A DNA stretch of 64,000 nt, from positions 236,360 to 300,359 of the forward strand of contig JBNLDQ010000009.1 of assembly GCA_050304475.1 (NCBI GenBank), given 5' to 3'. This document shows, piece by piece, positions 46,962 to 57,300 of the stretch. Origin of the DNA: Turneriellaceae bacterium. GTDB taxonomy: Bacteria; Spirochaetota; Leptospiria; Turneriellales; JAOUFE01. Position 1 is the first letter of the stretch, and every line of letters begins with the position of its first letter. The notes beneath the pieces are model-generated. The model had not been told where the DNA came from. It saw only the letters and a program-made list of their open reading frames with translations, and did not search any database. A program made the position numbers and the translations under genes.

Positions 46962-47513
46962 TTACCAGTCTAGGCCTTTTTGGGCGCCTAAACCGCGATC
47001 TTCAAAAGGATGTTTTCGATTGACTATTTCGCTGACTAAATCCGCCGCTTCAATCATTGCGGGTGACGCGCTTCTTCCGGTCAGGACCAAGTGGCATTGG
47101 CGGTTCATGTTTTTTAAATAAGAAAGAACGCTCTCTTCGGCGATCAACCCGGCGTCAATTGCATACAATATTTCATCGAGTATTACCAGGTCGTAAGACG
47201 CGCTTTCCAGACACTCTATGGATTTTTCCCAGGCTTGCCGGGCCGCCTCTTGATCGAGGTGAATGTCTTCCGATTTCCAGGTAAAACCGCGCCCCATGGT
47301 AAAAAGAGTAAACTTTTCAAAAATCCCCGGCATTTTTGAAACAGCAGTCCGTTGGGTTTTATCGCTCTTGATAAATTGAACCATCGCCACTTGCCCGCCA
47401 TGCGCCAATGTCCGTAGAGCGGTTCCGATTGCGGCGCTTGTTTTTCCTTTGCCATTGCCGGTATAAATCAGAATTAAAAACTCTTTGCTTTTCAATGGTT
47501 TACTTTGTTTCAT
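46962..47513 (-). CDS. cobO: Cob(I)yrinic acid a,c-diamide adenosyltransferase (CobO/BtuR)
   Basis: YTGNGKGKTSAA.G, VQFIK, GRGFTW, LVILDE, LTGR, ADLVSE and KHPF. Confidence 0.9.
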   Translation of the reverse strand: MKQSKPLKSKEFLILIYTGNGKGKTSAAIGTALRTLAHGGQVAMVQFIKSDKTQRTAVSKMPGIFEKFTLFTMGRGFTWKSEDIHLDQEAARQAWEKSIECLESASYDLVILDEILYAIDAGLIAEESVLSYLKNMNRQCHLVLTGRSASPAMIEAADLVSEIVNRKHPFEDRGLGAQKGLDW

Positions 47514-47534
47514 TTTTAACCGATTGGCGTATCT

Positions 47535-50500
47535 TTATTTATGGCTTTTCCCGGTTAGACCAAGCACTTGTTCTTCAAATTCAGAGGCGGGCATAGGCTC
47601 TGCATAGAAAAAACCCTGGCAAAACCGGCACCCAAGTTTTTGCAAAATTTCAACCTGCTCTTTTTTCTCAACGCCCTCGGCGATAACCGAATATTGCAAG
47701 CTTTCCGCAATGCGGGCAATGGTTCTAACGATTGCCACATCGTTTTCATCGGTCGCTAAATCCTGTACGAACGACTGGTCGATCTTTAAACCGTTGAGAG
47801 GAAGTTTTTTTAAATAATACAGCGACGAATACCCGATGCCGAAATCGTCAATGCTAATGCTAAACCCCATCTCTTTCAGGTTATTCAGCTTTTTCGTAAC
47901 TTCGGTAATATTATGAATAATCACCCCTTCCGTAATTTCCAGATCAATAAAATGGGGGTCAGCGCCGGATACCGTTACCAGCTTTTCAACGCTTTTGACA
48001 AAACCCCGCTGTTGAAACTGGCGCGGGCTGACGTTCACGGCGACCCGAAAGCTCTCCGTTGGCCGATAGCTTTGCCATGCCTTGACCTGATAAAAAACAT
48101 TTTCCATGGCCCACTCCCCCAGCGCTAGGATTTGTCCGGTTTGTTCGGCCAGTTCAATAAAATAAGCGGTAGGTATGTAGCGTTTATCCTGGTCCTGCCA
48201 GCGCAATAGCGCCTCGGCCCCGATAGGCGACCCGTCTTTCATATCAACCTGAGGCTGGTAAAACATTTCAAATTGATTGTCATTCAAGGCCTGACTGATT
48301 TTATTTTTCATATCCAGTCGTTCCATGGCGCGCTGGTTCATTTTAGGCGTGAAAAACTGGTAGTTGTTTCTACCGTGATCTTTAGCCTGGTACATGGCGA
48401 TATCAGCGTGTTTGATCAGCTCTTCGGCTGTCTTACCGTCTCCGGGGTAAAGGGTAATTCCGATGCTCGGCGTTACCGTTAGCTGATACTCGCGTATTTT
48501 AAACGGCATATTGATTTCGCGCCGGATATTATTGGCAACCACCGCGGCGTCCTGTGCGGCGATATTATTATCGCTGGCAAGATCCGTTAGTAGAACGACA
48601 AACTCGTCTCCGCCCAAACGCGCTACAGTGTCTCCTTTGCGGACTATATCAACCAGGCGCCTGGCCGCCATTTCCAGAAGCAGGTCGCCGGTGGCATGCC
48701 CCAGAGAATCATTGACTGTTTTAAAACCGTCAATGTCCATGAACAAAACGGCCAGAGTCTCGTTTTTGCGCGATATTTGCGCAATGGTATTTTTTAAACG
48801 ATCAATCAATAGCTCTCGATTTGGAAGCCCTGTCAGCGCGTCATAATAAGCAAGGTGATGTATCCTTTCTTCCGCTTTTTTTCTCTCGGTAATATCAACA
48901 AAATTTGCAATATAATGCGTAAGCCGGCCGGTTTCATCTTTCACTGAATTGATGACAAGCCATTCCGGGTAAATTTCGCCGCTTTTATGCCTGTTGATGA
49001 TTTCGCCTTCCCAAAATCCTTTTTTAAGGAGTGACGACCACATATTCTCATAATACAATTTATCATGTTTTCCTGATTGCAGCATCCTGGGATTTTGGCC
49101 AATCGCTTCGTCTGCTTCGTACCCGGTAATTCTGGTAAAGGCCGAATTGACCTGCAAAATGGTGCCGGTATTATCGGTAATGAGCATGCCTTCCGTGCTG
49201 TGTTCAAACACCGAAGCGATGAGCTTCTGCTCTTCTTCGGCGATTTTCTTTGCGGTAATATCCTGCTTCAGCGCTATATAGTTTGTAATCTCGCCGGTAT
49301 ACGGTTCTTTCACGGGTGAAATGGTAACCTCTTCCACATAAACCGAACCGTCTTTTCGTTTGTTTAACAGCTCACCCCGCCACTCTCTGCCGGCCTTGAT
49401 AGTATTCCATAAATGTTCATATACATCCGGGGGAGTTAGTCCCGATTTTTGAATGGCGGGTTTATTGCCGATGGCCTCTCTTGGCGTATAACCGGTGACT
49501 TGAGTAAATTTCGGATTTACATATTCGATAATACCGTCTTCATTTGTAATCAATATGGATATGGGACTATTTTCAATGGCAATGTTTTGCTTTCGCATCT
49601 CAAAAAGAAGCTTTTGCTTCTCGTTAATTTCATGCGATAACTCGCTGGTTCTCTCTTTTACCCGTTTTTCCAAATCGCCATGAGATTGTTTTAAGGCAGA
49701 TTCGGCCGTTTTCCGTTTTACATAGCCAATGGAAAACCTCCATCCGCCGATTAAAACAATAAGGTATAACGGCGCAAGAATCAGCGTTATTTTGGCAGCC
49801 GACTCCCCGGAAATATTCGACCACTCAGAGTGCGGTAAAAGGGCTATGCTTTTCCAGTAATAGTCTTTCCCGACTTTCACAGAGCCGGAGCCTTTCAGCC
49901 CTTCCCATGGATGGATCGTTACAAAACTAAATAATCCGTTTCTTGTTTGAAACTGCCCCTTCTCTTCAGCCTGGATCCGGGCCCATTCTCCTGGGTAATA
50001 GTTTTGCATATTTTCATCGGAACGCTCCAACTCTTCCATAAAGCCCCACTCCCGGGTTTCATCCGGGTGATGGAGCCAATACCCGTTTTGGTTTACCAAC
50101 ATGGCATGATCGCGTACTTGAGAAAGCGCCAGGAAATATTCCTGGTGAATGAGTTTGACGCCCATGTAATTAAGAACCGCAATACCCCATTTTTTATTTT
50201 GTACATAGAGAGGCATCGACAGTCGAATCATCGATTTAAAAGGTCTTTCAATCTTTCCGTTTTCAATGTTCAAATCCAACGGAGATATATAAATTTCCCC
50301 TTTTTTTAAAGCGACGGATTCTTTGAAATAATAACGTCTGTTTTTGTTTTGAAGATTTTGCGGTTCGACTGCATACGCTCCGTCTTTATCATAGTTAATC
50401 CGAATACGTTCATTGCCGCGGATATCGATTGCTCTAATTTGATCGAACATCGCCTTTGTATCGGATATATTTTTTAGCATTTCTGTGAGTTGCGGGCTTT

Positions 50501-50771
50501 CCGGTTTTCCGCTCAATGCAATGCTTTGTTCCATGATATTGGCAATGTTTTGTAAGTCGCTTATCAGCGAAAGGCTAAGACAGGTAAGAATATTTTCACT
50601 GAACAAAATATTTGACATTTCACTGGCTCTGATTTGTTCCGTACGATTCGCCAGATCTTTTTGGTATGAATAATAACCCGAAAAAACGGTCAGTACCGTT
50701 ATAACGGCGATGATCTGGACAAACATACGCCGCGCTTCCATTCGCGAGTTTAAATCAAATTCGTTTTTCAT
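47535..50771 (-). CDS. Cache-PAS-PAS-GGDEF-EAL c-di-GMP signalling protein
   Basis: Periplasmic Cache (RYYF..ISPLDLNIENG), two PAS domains (ITN..G.IEYVNP, QSGKH), RLGGDEF, EALLRW and DDFGIGYSSL. Confidence 0.92.
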   Translation of the reverse strand: MKNEFDLNSRMEARRMFVQIIAVITVLTVFSGYYSYQKDLANRTEQIRASEMSNILFSENILTCLSLSLISDLQNIANIMEQSIALSGKPESPQLTEMLKNISDTKAMFDQIRAIDIRGNERIRINYDKDGAYAVEPQNLQNKNRRYYFKESVALKKGEIYISPLDLNIENGKIERPFKSMIRLSMPLYVQNKKWGIAVLNYMGVKLIHQEYFLALSQVRDHAMLVNQNGYWLHHPDETREWGFMEELERSDENMQNYYPGEWARIQAEEKGQFQTRNGLFSFVTIHPWEGLKGSGSVKVGKDYYWKSIALLPHSEWSNISGESAAKITLILAPLYLIVLIGGWRFSIGYVKRKTAESALKQSHGDLEKRVKERTSELSHEINEKQKLLFEMRKQNIAIENSPISILITNEDGIIEYVNPKFTQVTGYTPREAIGNKPAIQKSGLTPPDVYEHLWNTIKAGREWRGELLNKRKDGSVYVEEVTISPVKEPYTGEITNYIALKQDITAKKIAEEEQKLIASVFEHSTEGMLITDNTGTILQVNSAFTRITGYEADEAIGQNPRMLQSGKHDKLYYENMWSSLLKKGFWEGEIINRHKSGEIYPEWLVINSVKDETGRLTHYIANFVDITERKKAEERIHHLAYYDALTGLPNRELLIDRLKNTIAQISRKNETLAVLFMDIDGFKTVNDSLGHATGDLLLEMAARRLVDIVRKGDTVARLGGDEFVVLLTDLASDNNIAAQDAAVVANNIRREINMPFKIREYQLTVTPSIGITLYPGDGKTAEELIKHADIAMYQAKDHGRNNYQFFTPKMNQRAMERLDMKNKISQALNDNQFEMFYQPQVDMKDGSPIGAEALLRWQDQDKRYIPTAYFIELAEQTGQILALGEWAMENVFYQVKAWQSYRPTESFRVAVNVSPRQFQQRGFVKSVEKLVTVSGADPHFIDLEITEGVIIHNITEVTKKLNNLKEMGFSISIDDFGIGYSSLYYLKKLPLNGLKIDQSFVQDLATDENDVAIVRTIARIAESLQYSVIAEGVEKKEQVEILQKLGCRFCQGFFYAEPMPASEFEEQVLGLTGKSHK

Positions 50772-50872
50772 TTAGCTCATGCAGATATAGCGTATTTTTC
50801 CGTCAGGTCAAGATAAATTCATGAGAACCAAGATTCGTCTTGACCTTGAAAAAAAAACTCGAATCTTGACCC

Positions 50873-52444
50873 ATGAAATTGGTGCGTTGGCCGATCTATG
50901 TCTTTATTCTTGCGTCAATCATTTTGCACTGCAAAGAAACGTCGCAAGAGATGGAACCCCAAAACAATTCACCCGATACGGCTCCGTCGCTTTTGCCGGG
51001 TGAATCGTTAAAAGGGAGTTACTACTCTGAAGTCGGCCACGATATTGATTTCATTTTTTTACCGGTTGAATCGCCGCAAGCGGTAACAGTAAAGCTATCG
51101 CCCGTCAAAGGAATTAACTCGTACATTATGCTTTACCGCGAAGCGGGCAAAGCCCCTCAAAAAATTGTCGACGACAATCTCGCTTCGCTACCCGAATCGT
51201 TTGGCCCGTTCTACCTGGAACCGCCGGGGGCGTGGATCGCTATCGCGGCAAAACAAAAAGTAAACAACCCCGATTATCTAAACGATTATCAATACAAGCT
51301 GGAATACGAAGCAATGGAAACTCCGGGGATCATGGAGATTGAACCCAACGACGATGCCCCCAGCGCAAATCCGGTTACCGGCGGTATCTATTACGGATTT
51401 TTTAACAACGCCCGCGCAGGCGACGCCCTGGAAAAAGATTTTTTTGCCATGGAGATCAACGGCGATCAAAAATACCGGATTTCCGTAACGCTTGAATCAC
51501 CTGAAAAAATTGACGCCGTGTTGAAACTTTTTGACGAAAAGATGAACCTCTTGTTGACCATCGATCAAAACGGCCCCGGTAAAAACGAAAACATATTATC
51601 GTACGGGGTGCGGGGGCCGGGCATCCATTATTTCAGCGTTCATGCAAAAAACGAAGAAACGGACCCGGAGCCTTACCGCTTGACCGTAGAAAGCGAACCC
51701 TATGACGATCAGTATGAGTTTGAACCGAATGAAGATTTGGAGCATGCGTCGCCTTTACGGAGGGAAACGACCCTGGGCGATTTTTCCACGGGCAACGATA
51801 TCGACTATTATTATTACTATAACTTAAGCACGCAAACGCAACAGCTCTCCGTTGAGTTGGTTCCCGGAGATGAGTTTGATATTCGCCTGGAACTCCTCAA
51901 TGCTCCCGGCGCCAAACCGGTTATTTTTGATTCGGGAGAAGAAGGCGAACCGGAGGCGATTTCAAACTGGGCGCTAAAACCCCTGGGGAGCGTCTATTTT
52001 AAAGTGATGGCGGCTAAGTCAATCGGCGAAGCGCTGGCTACGTATCGCCTGGTTCAACATACCGAACCGCTCACCGACCGGATGGAACGCGAACCCAACA
52101 ATGATAAATCAGCCGCTTTTAAAATCATACCCGGCGAAACTCTCACCGGTTATATCAACCCGGCGGACGATATTGATTTTTTTACCAACCCCGGCGCCGA
52201 AGGACGTTACCGGATTCATTGGGTCGCCCCGAAAGACTGTGAGGCAAATTTACGCATTTTAAACGCCAGCGGTTATGTAACGGATTCCGTTTCGGCAAAA
52301 ACCATGGGCGAAGAAATTGATTTTCCAGCTTTTTTAGATACGGGAGGGCTGGTCGAGATCTCATGCGCCAAAACCCAAAAAAATCTTTACAATCAGAAAT
52401 ATGAACTCACCGTTACGCCAAGTTCGTTATCGGATCAGTTCTAG
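50873..52444 (+). CDS. Lipoprotein with tandem PPC-like (E-x-EPN-D) beta-sandwich repeats
   Basis: Spirochaete-type lipobox IILHC; repeats MEIEPNDD, YEFEPNED and MEREPNND, each followed by D.D[FY][FY]. Confidence 0.7.
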   Translation: MKLVRWPIYVFILASIILHCKETSQEMEPQNNSPDTAPSLLPGESLKGSYYSEVGHDIDFIFLPVESPQAVTVKLSPVKGINSYIMLYREAGKAPQKIVDDNLASLPESFGPFYLEPPGAWIAIAAKQKVNNPDYLNDYQYKLEYEAMETPGIMEIEPNDDAPSANPVTGGIYYGFFNNARAGDALEKDFFAMEINGDQKYRISVTLESPEKIDAVLKLFDEKMNLLLTIDQNGPGKNENILSYGVRGPGIHYFSVHAKNEETDPEPYRLTVESEPYDDQYEFEPNEDLEHASPLRRETTLGDFSTGNDIDYYYYYNLSTQTQQLSVELVPGDEFDIRLELLNAPGAKPVIFDSGEEGEPEAISNWALKPLGSVYFKVMAAKSIGEALATYRLVQHTEPLTDRMEREPNNDKSAAFKIIPGETLTGYINPADDIDFFTNPGAEGRYRIHWVAPKDCEANLRILNASGYVTDSVSAKTMGEEIDFPAFLDTGGLVEISCAKTQKNLYNQKYELTVTPSSLSDQF

Positions 52445-52447
52445 CCA

Positions 52448-52933
52448 ATGGCAAAACCCAAAAACAGCATAAACCAAATTAAACGAAAACAAATCACGTT
52501 GGTTGTTTTCTTTTTTTTCCTGTCTGTTTTGACCGGTTTGGGAATATCCGGGTGCGCCGAAATCCGAAACCGTCCGCCTGAAAATGTCTATATTGTAGCT
52601 GTTGACCTCGGCGAAAACGATTCTGCCGCAACGTCCGTTTTTTATAAAATTTATTTGAACAATGAACTTGCCGCCCGCACCGGTACAGGCGGCCCTTTCG
52701 CCGAAAAATCCGCCGCCCTGGTTTTACCGCCGGGGGAGTATGCCTTGCTGGCTGAACGTTGGGAACTCAATACCGTGGCTGGCGGCGAGAGAAAAAGCTA
52801 CTTGCGCGCCAATAATATTATTCAAATGAAAAAACCAGTCTCTCTTACCATAACGGAAAAAACGAACCGTATGGAGTTTCGTTTAGGGGTGGATCACTCG
52901 AGCAGGTCTTTTTATCTGGAAGAAGTCAAATAG
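52448..52933 (+). CDS. Hypothetical lipoprotein
   Basis: Hydrophobic N-terminus ending GISGC; LPPGEY motif; starts 3 nt after the upstream gene. Confidence 0.6.
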   Translation: MAKPKNSINQIKRKQITLVVFFFFLSVLTGLGISGCAEIRNRPPENVYIVAVDLGENDSAATSVFYKIYLNNELAARTGTGGPFAEKSAALVLPPGEYALLAERWELNTVAGGERKSYLRANNIIQMKKPVSLTITEKTNRMEFRLGVDHSSRSFYLEEVK

Positions 52934-52946
52934 AGGCAGGTTCGCC

Positions 52947-54479
52947 TTATTTCCACAAGAGACGATCTTCGCGTTTTTCTTTTTCAATCAAACGCTCTTG
53001 CTGGCGGTGCATGATAATCGAGTTAATCATGGAACGCGCTCTGACTTTGTCGGATACACCGTCTTCGCTGGTATATTGATACAGATATGGGTATAACTTG
53101 ATTAACGTGTTTTTATTTAAGAAAGGATTTTTTTCTTTTTCCAATTCTTCGTTTGACACCATTGGCGTATTGATATCGATATTGGCGGCGGCGGCTAACT
53201 TAATCCACTCTTTCACCGCTGCGAGCATTTCCTCTTCCAAACCAAGTTCATTGGCCTTTTCCCATTGAATTCGGGCGCGCTCAAAAAGCCCGTCGTTCAT
53301 CCGGTACCCTTGCGGGGTGTTTTGAATTAAAAAGTCCATGATCTCTAAACGGCGCTGGGCATATTTTTCAACCACCGCGGGAACAGATGTCATTTCAAGT
53401 TCCTGGGCCATCGGTTGGTACCGCTCATAAATTCGCCGCAGGGTTTCTACGCGAAGTTGCTGTTTTTTTTCTTCAGGCAGGCTGTTATACATATTGCCAA
53501 AATTCAAATAGTAGGTCCAGGCTCTTTGCTGGATTTCATAGATATTTTCAATGGTAAACAAAAGCTCTGTCATGGTTTTCGTACCTTTCAGACGTTTAAC
53601 CTGGTAGAGCGAATTTTTTAAAAAATCTTCTTTATTTAGATTTTCTTCAAAATAATCGAGATAAAAGTAGGTGGGATCGGAACTAAAACTATACGCCAGC
53701 CTTTGCAGGTTATCGTAATAAAGTTCGCGAACAGCGGCCGGTAAATCGCCTTTGTCCGGGTCGTACGAAAAAAAGCGGTCGATAAATTCGTTGAGTTGGT
53801 CTTCTTTGCTTTGCTTTAATGTGCGGTCGAAATACTTTTCACGCTCTTCTTTCGGAAAGTAAAGCGGAGCTGTCGATTGCGATGCTCCGTTATCAATGAT
53901 TCTTGTCTGCAATCGCTTTTCAAAAAGCTCGCCATTTTTCCAGTCGCGGTACTTGCTGATGATTTCATTTCTCTTTTGATATGTTTGCAGATCTCCCGGA
54001 GAACGATCCACCACTTGATCGAAAGGCAGCTCTAACGTTTCCATCGTAGGGAAAACCTCTTTGACGATCAAATCTTCATGGTGCCTTTTGCGGTAGATAT
54101 AAGACGGTTCGGCATTGCCGTTCGCAATAAGATCTTCGTATTTATCCGTGAACGATTTTTCAAGCCCGGTGTTATCTTGAAGACGTTTGAGCAGGTTTCC
54201 CCATTTTTTCCCGTCAAGTTCCATCATCTCGGCAAACGCCTCATCTGAGCCCTCTTCTTGTTTGCCTTTGTCTTCTTGTTTTTCGCTCTCACCCTCAATG
54301 GGAGATTCCAGCTCTATGGCCAGTTCCGAATCTCCGCTATGTTCGACTTGTATCCGGGGCGGCTCAAGAATCTCAATCCGGATAAAAAAAACGATAAACA
54401 AAATCAGGTGAACCCAAACGGCGCCCAGAAAGGAGACGCTCATTCTAAGTTGCGATGTGATTCTTTCAATCATAATCAT
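52947..54479 (-). CDS. Hypothetical single-pass membrane protein
   Basis: 510-aa ORF with an N-terminal TM (S...H motif), an acidic linker and a helical body; in a tight run with kdsC. Confidence 0.65.
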   Translation of the reverse strand: MIMIERITSQLRMSVSFLGAVWVHLILFIVFFIRIEILEPPRIQVEHSGDSELAIELESPIEGESEKQEDKGKQEEGSDEAFAEMMELDGKKWGNLLKRLQDNTGLEKSFTDKYEDLIANGNAEPSYIYRKRHHEDLIVKEVFPTMETLELPFDQVVDRSPGDLQTYQKRNEIISKYRDWKNGELFEKRLQTRIIDNGASQSTAPLYFPKEEREKYFDRTLKQSKEDQLNEFIDRFFSYDPDKGDLPAAVRELYYDNLQRLAYSFSSDPTYFYLDYFEENLNKEDFLKNSLYQVKRLKGTKTMTELLFTIENIYEIQQRAWTYYLNFGNMYNSLPEEKKQQLRVETLRRIYERYQPMAQELEMTSVPAVVEKYAQRRLEIMDFLIQNTPQGYRMNDGLFERARIQWEKANELGLEEEMLAAVKEWIKLAAAANIDINTPMVSNEELEKEKNPFLNKNTLIKLYPYLYQYTSEDGVSDKVRARSMINSIIMHRQQERLIEKEKREDRLLWK

Positions 54480-54482
54480 TTC

Positions 54483-54959
54483 TTACCGGTTTTTTAATAA
54501 GTAATCAATCCATTCTCGTACGGCGCCTGTGCCGCCATTGCGATGGCATCTGTAATCGACGGCATTTAACACTTCATTGGCCGCATCGTGGGGCGCCGCC
54601 GACAAGCCGCATTTTTCAATGACAGGCATGTCGTTGAGATCGTCGCCGATATAAGCCAATGATTCCCAGCTTTGTCCGTTAGCCGATAGCCACTCTTCTA
54701 AAAAGCTCACTTTGTCGCCCCGGTTTAAGGCGACATGCTCTACGCCCAGCTCTTTCATTCGCACTTCAATGATCTTCGACTGACGCGCGCTGGTTACGCC
54801 AAATATTAGACCGTGGTTCATCCAGCGTTTGATGCCTTCGCCGTCTTTGACGTGAAAGACCTTGAGTTCTTCGCCGTTCTTTCCGTAATAGAGGCGGCCG
54901 TCGGTCAATGTTCCGTCAATGTCTGAAAACAAAACTTCAATTTTCTGAGCGGGTCTCAT
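54483..54959 (-). CDS. kdsC: KDO 8-phosphate phosphatase (HAD family)
   Basis: SDIDGTLTDG, FHVKDG.G, YIGDDLND and GGTGAVRE. Confidence 0.88.
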   Translation of the reverse strand: MRPAQKIEVLFSDIDGTLTDGRLYYGKNGEELKVFHVKDGEGIKRWMNHGLIFGVTSARQSKIIEVRMKELGVEHVALNRGDKVSFLEEWLSANGQSWESLAYIGDDLNDMPVIEKCGLSAAPHDAANEVLNAVDYRCHRNGGTGAVREWIDYLLKNR

Positions 54960-55000
54960 GGTATCTTTAGACTTTTCAATTGAAACCAAGCAAAGCCGAA

Positions 55001-56800
55001 TTAGCGTGGTGATGTCAAACGGTCCACTTCGCGGCGCGCCAGTTCGGGATCTAACCCGAGACGTTCCGCTTCGCGATACGCCAGGATCGCTTGGTCAATT
55101 TGATGCATCTTCTCATTCTGGCGGGCCATTGTAAAATAAATTTTCTTGAAGTTTGCAGAATTTCGCGCCTGGTAAAGTTCTTCGAGCAAAAGCTTTGTTT
55201 GTTCGTAGTTCCCCTGGACCCGGTAAAGCTCTTGAACGGAACCTCGGTCATATCTGCCGGCCATGCGGCGATTGAGAGTCACGAGTTCTTCTTTTTGCGC
55301 CGCCAGCAGCTTTTCTTGCGTATCGATCAGGCTTTCCAGTTTGCGGTGAAGGGCCTGGCAAACATCCAGGTTTTGGATCAGCTCGTTAGCCAGCTCGGGG
55401 CTTTTCACCTGCGCATCAACCATCAGCAAGCGAATGGCCAGTTGGTAGCGGATATTTTTTGCCAATGCCGAAACTTCGATATCGTCGTTTACCGGCGGGG
55501 CGTCTTTCAGCAAGGCTTCAAACATCTTTAAAGAACGCGGGTAGTTGCCGGTATGCAATGCATGCAACCGGGCCGTCTGAAACAAGAGGTTCCGGTCTAG
55601 GTTACCCGTTTGGCGGTCAAGTGCGAGAGCCTTTTCGTAAAAGTAAGCCGAGTCGACATAGCGGCGCATTGTATGGTACAGGCCGCCCAGAGAGAGATAA
55701 ACATCTCTGGTTTGCTCATCTTCGAGAGATTGGCCGGAAGATTTTACGGACTCCAGAGTTTGTTCGTAGGCGCCAATGGCGCGCAACGTGTCGCCCTGAT
55801 TTTCATAGCTGCGGGCCAGCAACAGCGGGATACGGGGATTGTTCGGGTCGAGCGATGTGGCTGCTGCTAAAAGATTGCTGTAGTCGGTTTGATTTTCAGG
55901 GGCGCCCCAGTTTTGCTTGCCGGTTTGGTTGTAGGCATTTTGGTAATAGTAGGACGAGTTTTTCACAGCCTGGTCTTCTCTGGTTTTTTCGCCCAGCTCT
56001 TGCAACACCAAAGCCATCTCTAACAAAAAGTTTGCCGAAGTTCGATTGTATTGAGTCTCTTCCTTACGGTAGTTGTTTAACTCTCGTTCCATGTTGCTGC
56101 GCAACGACTCAAGTCGTTTGCGCTCTTCTTGCAGTTTTTGATCGTTTTCTGCGCGGAGCCTGGCCGTCGTTTCAATAGAATTCGTTTTGGCGAATTTGTC
56201 TTCTTCGAGAAAAAGTTCGGTTTTTAATTTCTCGTAGGCCTGCCCGGCTTGGCGCAATGAGGTTTGGGTCTCTCGGTATTGATCGGCGTTTGCCCGTACG
56301 CTTTCGGAACCAAGCAGGTTTAAACGATCTTCGTTTGCCCACACTTCGGGCGTCAATTTCATGCTTCGGAATCGCTGCGCTTGTTCATAGTGATACAGGG
56401 CGCTTGGCAAATCTCTCAATTTGGCATAGGCTCTTGCCAGTTCGAGGTGGAGCTGAAAGATATTGGGGGCTTCTCGAATTAAAAACGAGGCTTGTTCTTC
56501 GAGAAGATTTTGGCGAAGGTATAACCGGCGTGCATTGGTATCCCATTGGTATTTTTCGCGATAATCGGGCGGGGCCAGCGGGTCGATTAAAACAGGCTCT
56601 TCGGTAACCTTGGCGTTCTCGTAGTAAAAACTTTTTAAAACGGGCGTCAGACGCTGCACAACGGTTTGCGCGTCAGCCGATGTTTCAACCGCCTGCAAAA
56701 TCATATCGAATTTGTAATTTTCGTAGAGGTCTTGAGCGTATAAAGAGACGCTCATAAACAAAGCGGCCGTAAAAACAAATATTGTCTTTTTCTGTTTCAT
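55001..56800 (-). CDS. Secreted TPR/coiled-coil protein
   Basis: Signal peptide (SLYA/QD) and several TPR motifs (LARAY, LARSYE..G...AI..Y, LGGLY....Y.DSA..YEKAL); alternative start at 56827. Confidence 0.75.
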   Translation of the reverse strand: MKQKKTIFVFTAALFMSVSLYAQDLYENYKFDMILQAVETSADAQTVVQRLTPVLKSFYYENAKVTEEPVLIDPLAPPDYREKYQWDTNARRLYLRQNLLEEQASFLIREAPNIFQLHLELARAYAKLRDLPSALYHYEQAQRFRSMKLTPEVWANEDRLNLLGSESVRANADQYRETQTSLRQAGQAYEKLKTELFLEEDKFAKTNSIETTARLRAENDQKLQEERKRLESLRSNMERELNNYRKEETQYNRTSANFLLEMALVLQELGEKTREDQAVKNSSYYYQNAYNQTGKQNWGAPENQTDYSNLLAAATSLDPNNPRIPLLLARSYENQGDTLRAIGAYEQTLESVKSSGQSLEDEQTRDVYLSLGGLYHTMRRYVDSAYFYEKALALDRQTGNLDRNLLFQTARLHALHTGNYPRSLKMFEALLKDAPPVNDDIEVSALAKNIRYQLAIRLLMVDAQVKSPELANELIQNLDVCQALHRKLESLIDTQEKLLAAQKEELVTLNRRMAGRYDRGSVQELYRVQGNYEQTKLLLEELYQARNSANFKKIYFTMARQNEKMHQIDQAILAYREAERLGLDPELARREVDRLTSPR

Positions 56801-56931
56801 TACCTTACCTTTCTTATTATCGGACATTTCTTGATCGCGGTCAACGTTAATTTGTAAACAACATGAAAAGGCGTTTCCGGGACCCGTTAAAAATAAACGC
56901 CCCGAAGGTATGTGCGTTGAAAAATATAGAT

Positions 56932-57017
56932 GGGGGTGGCCCGAGACGTTGGCTCGGGCCAGGGGGCAGACTTGCCCCCTAATGCGCTTTTCTTTGAGAA
57001 AGCGTCATGGCACCCCC
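56932..57017. other. Four-way-junction palindromic structure (REP-like or structured RNA)
   Basis: Outer GGGGGTG/CACCCCC encloses three hairpins: GCCCGAG/CTCGGGC, AGGGGGCA/TGCCCCCT and CGCTTTTC/GAGAAAGCG. Confidence 0.6.
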
Positions 57018-57300
57018 GCGCTTGCGGGTTCGTTTACGTTGAGCGTGATTACCGGAAACCGGAGAATTACAAGTGAAAAGTTCGCTAATCACATAGTAAT
57101 AATTCACAGTGTTCTTTGTAAAAATAACGTACCCGTTGTTTACGCCGGGCGATACGGAAAAGCTGAGTGTGGCGAACGCCGGCATTGCAATTAAGTTCGC
57201 CGGCTTTCAAAAGATATAATTTGTATTGCCATATTATTTCACATTCATAAAATAAATATATATTGTTGACAGACGCTATAAACATTTTACTGTGATTATT

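Noticed and set aside
47514-47534. Cobalamin riboswitch near cobO
   Set aside because: The gap is only about 20 nt and no B12-box was seen here or upstream of the TonB-like gene.
55459-56178. 239-aa antisense ORF (and similar shadow ORFs such as 27927-28505 and 35968-36468)
   Set aside because: They lie wholly opposite well-supported genes and have no recognisable motifs.
56932-57017. Possible tRNA (cloverleaf shape)
   Set aside because: No TTC-containing T-loop, D-loop consensus, 7-nt anticodon loop at the expected position or CCA on either strand.
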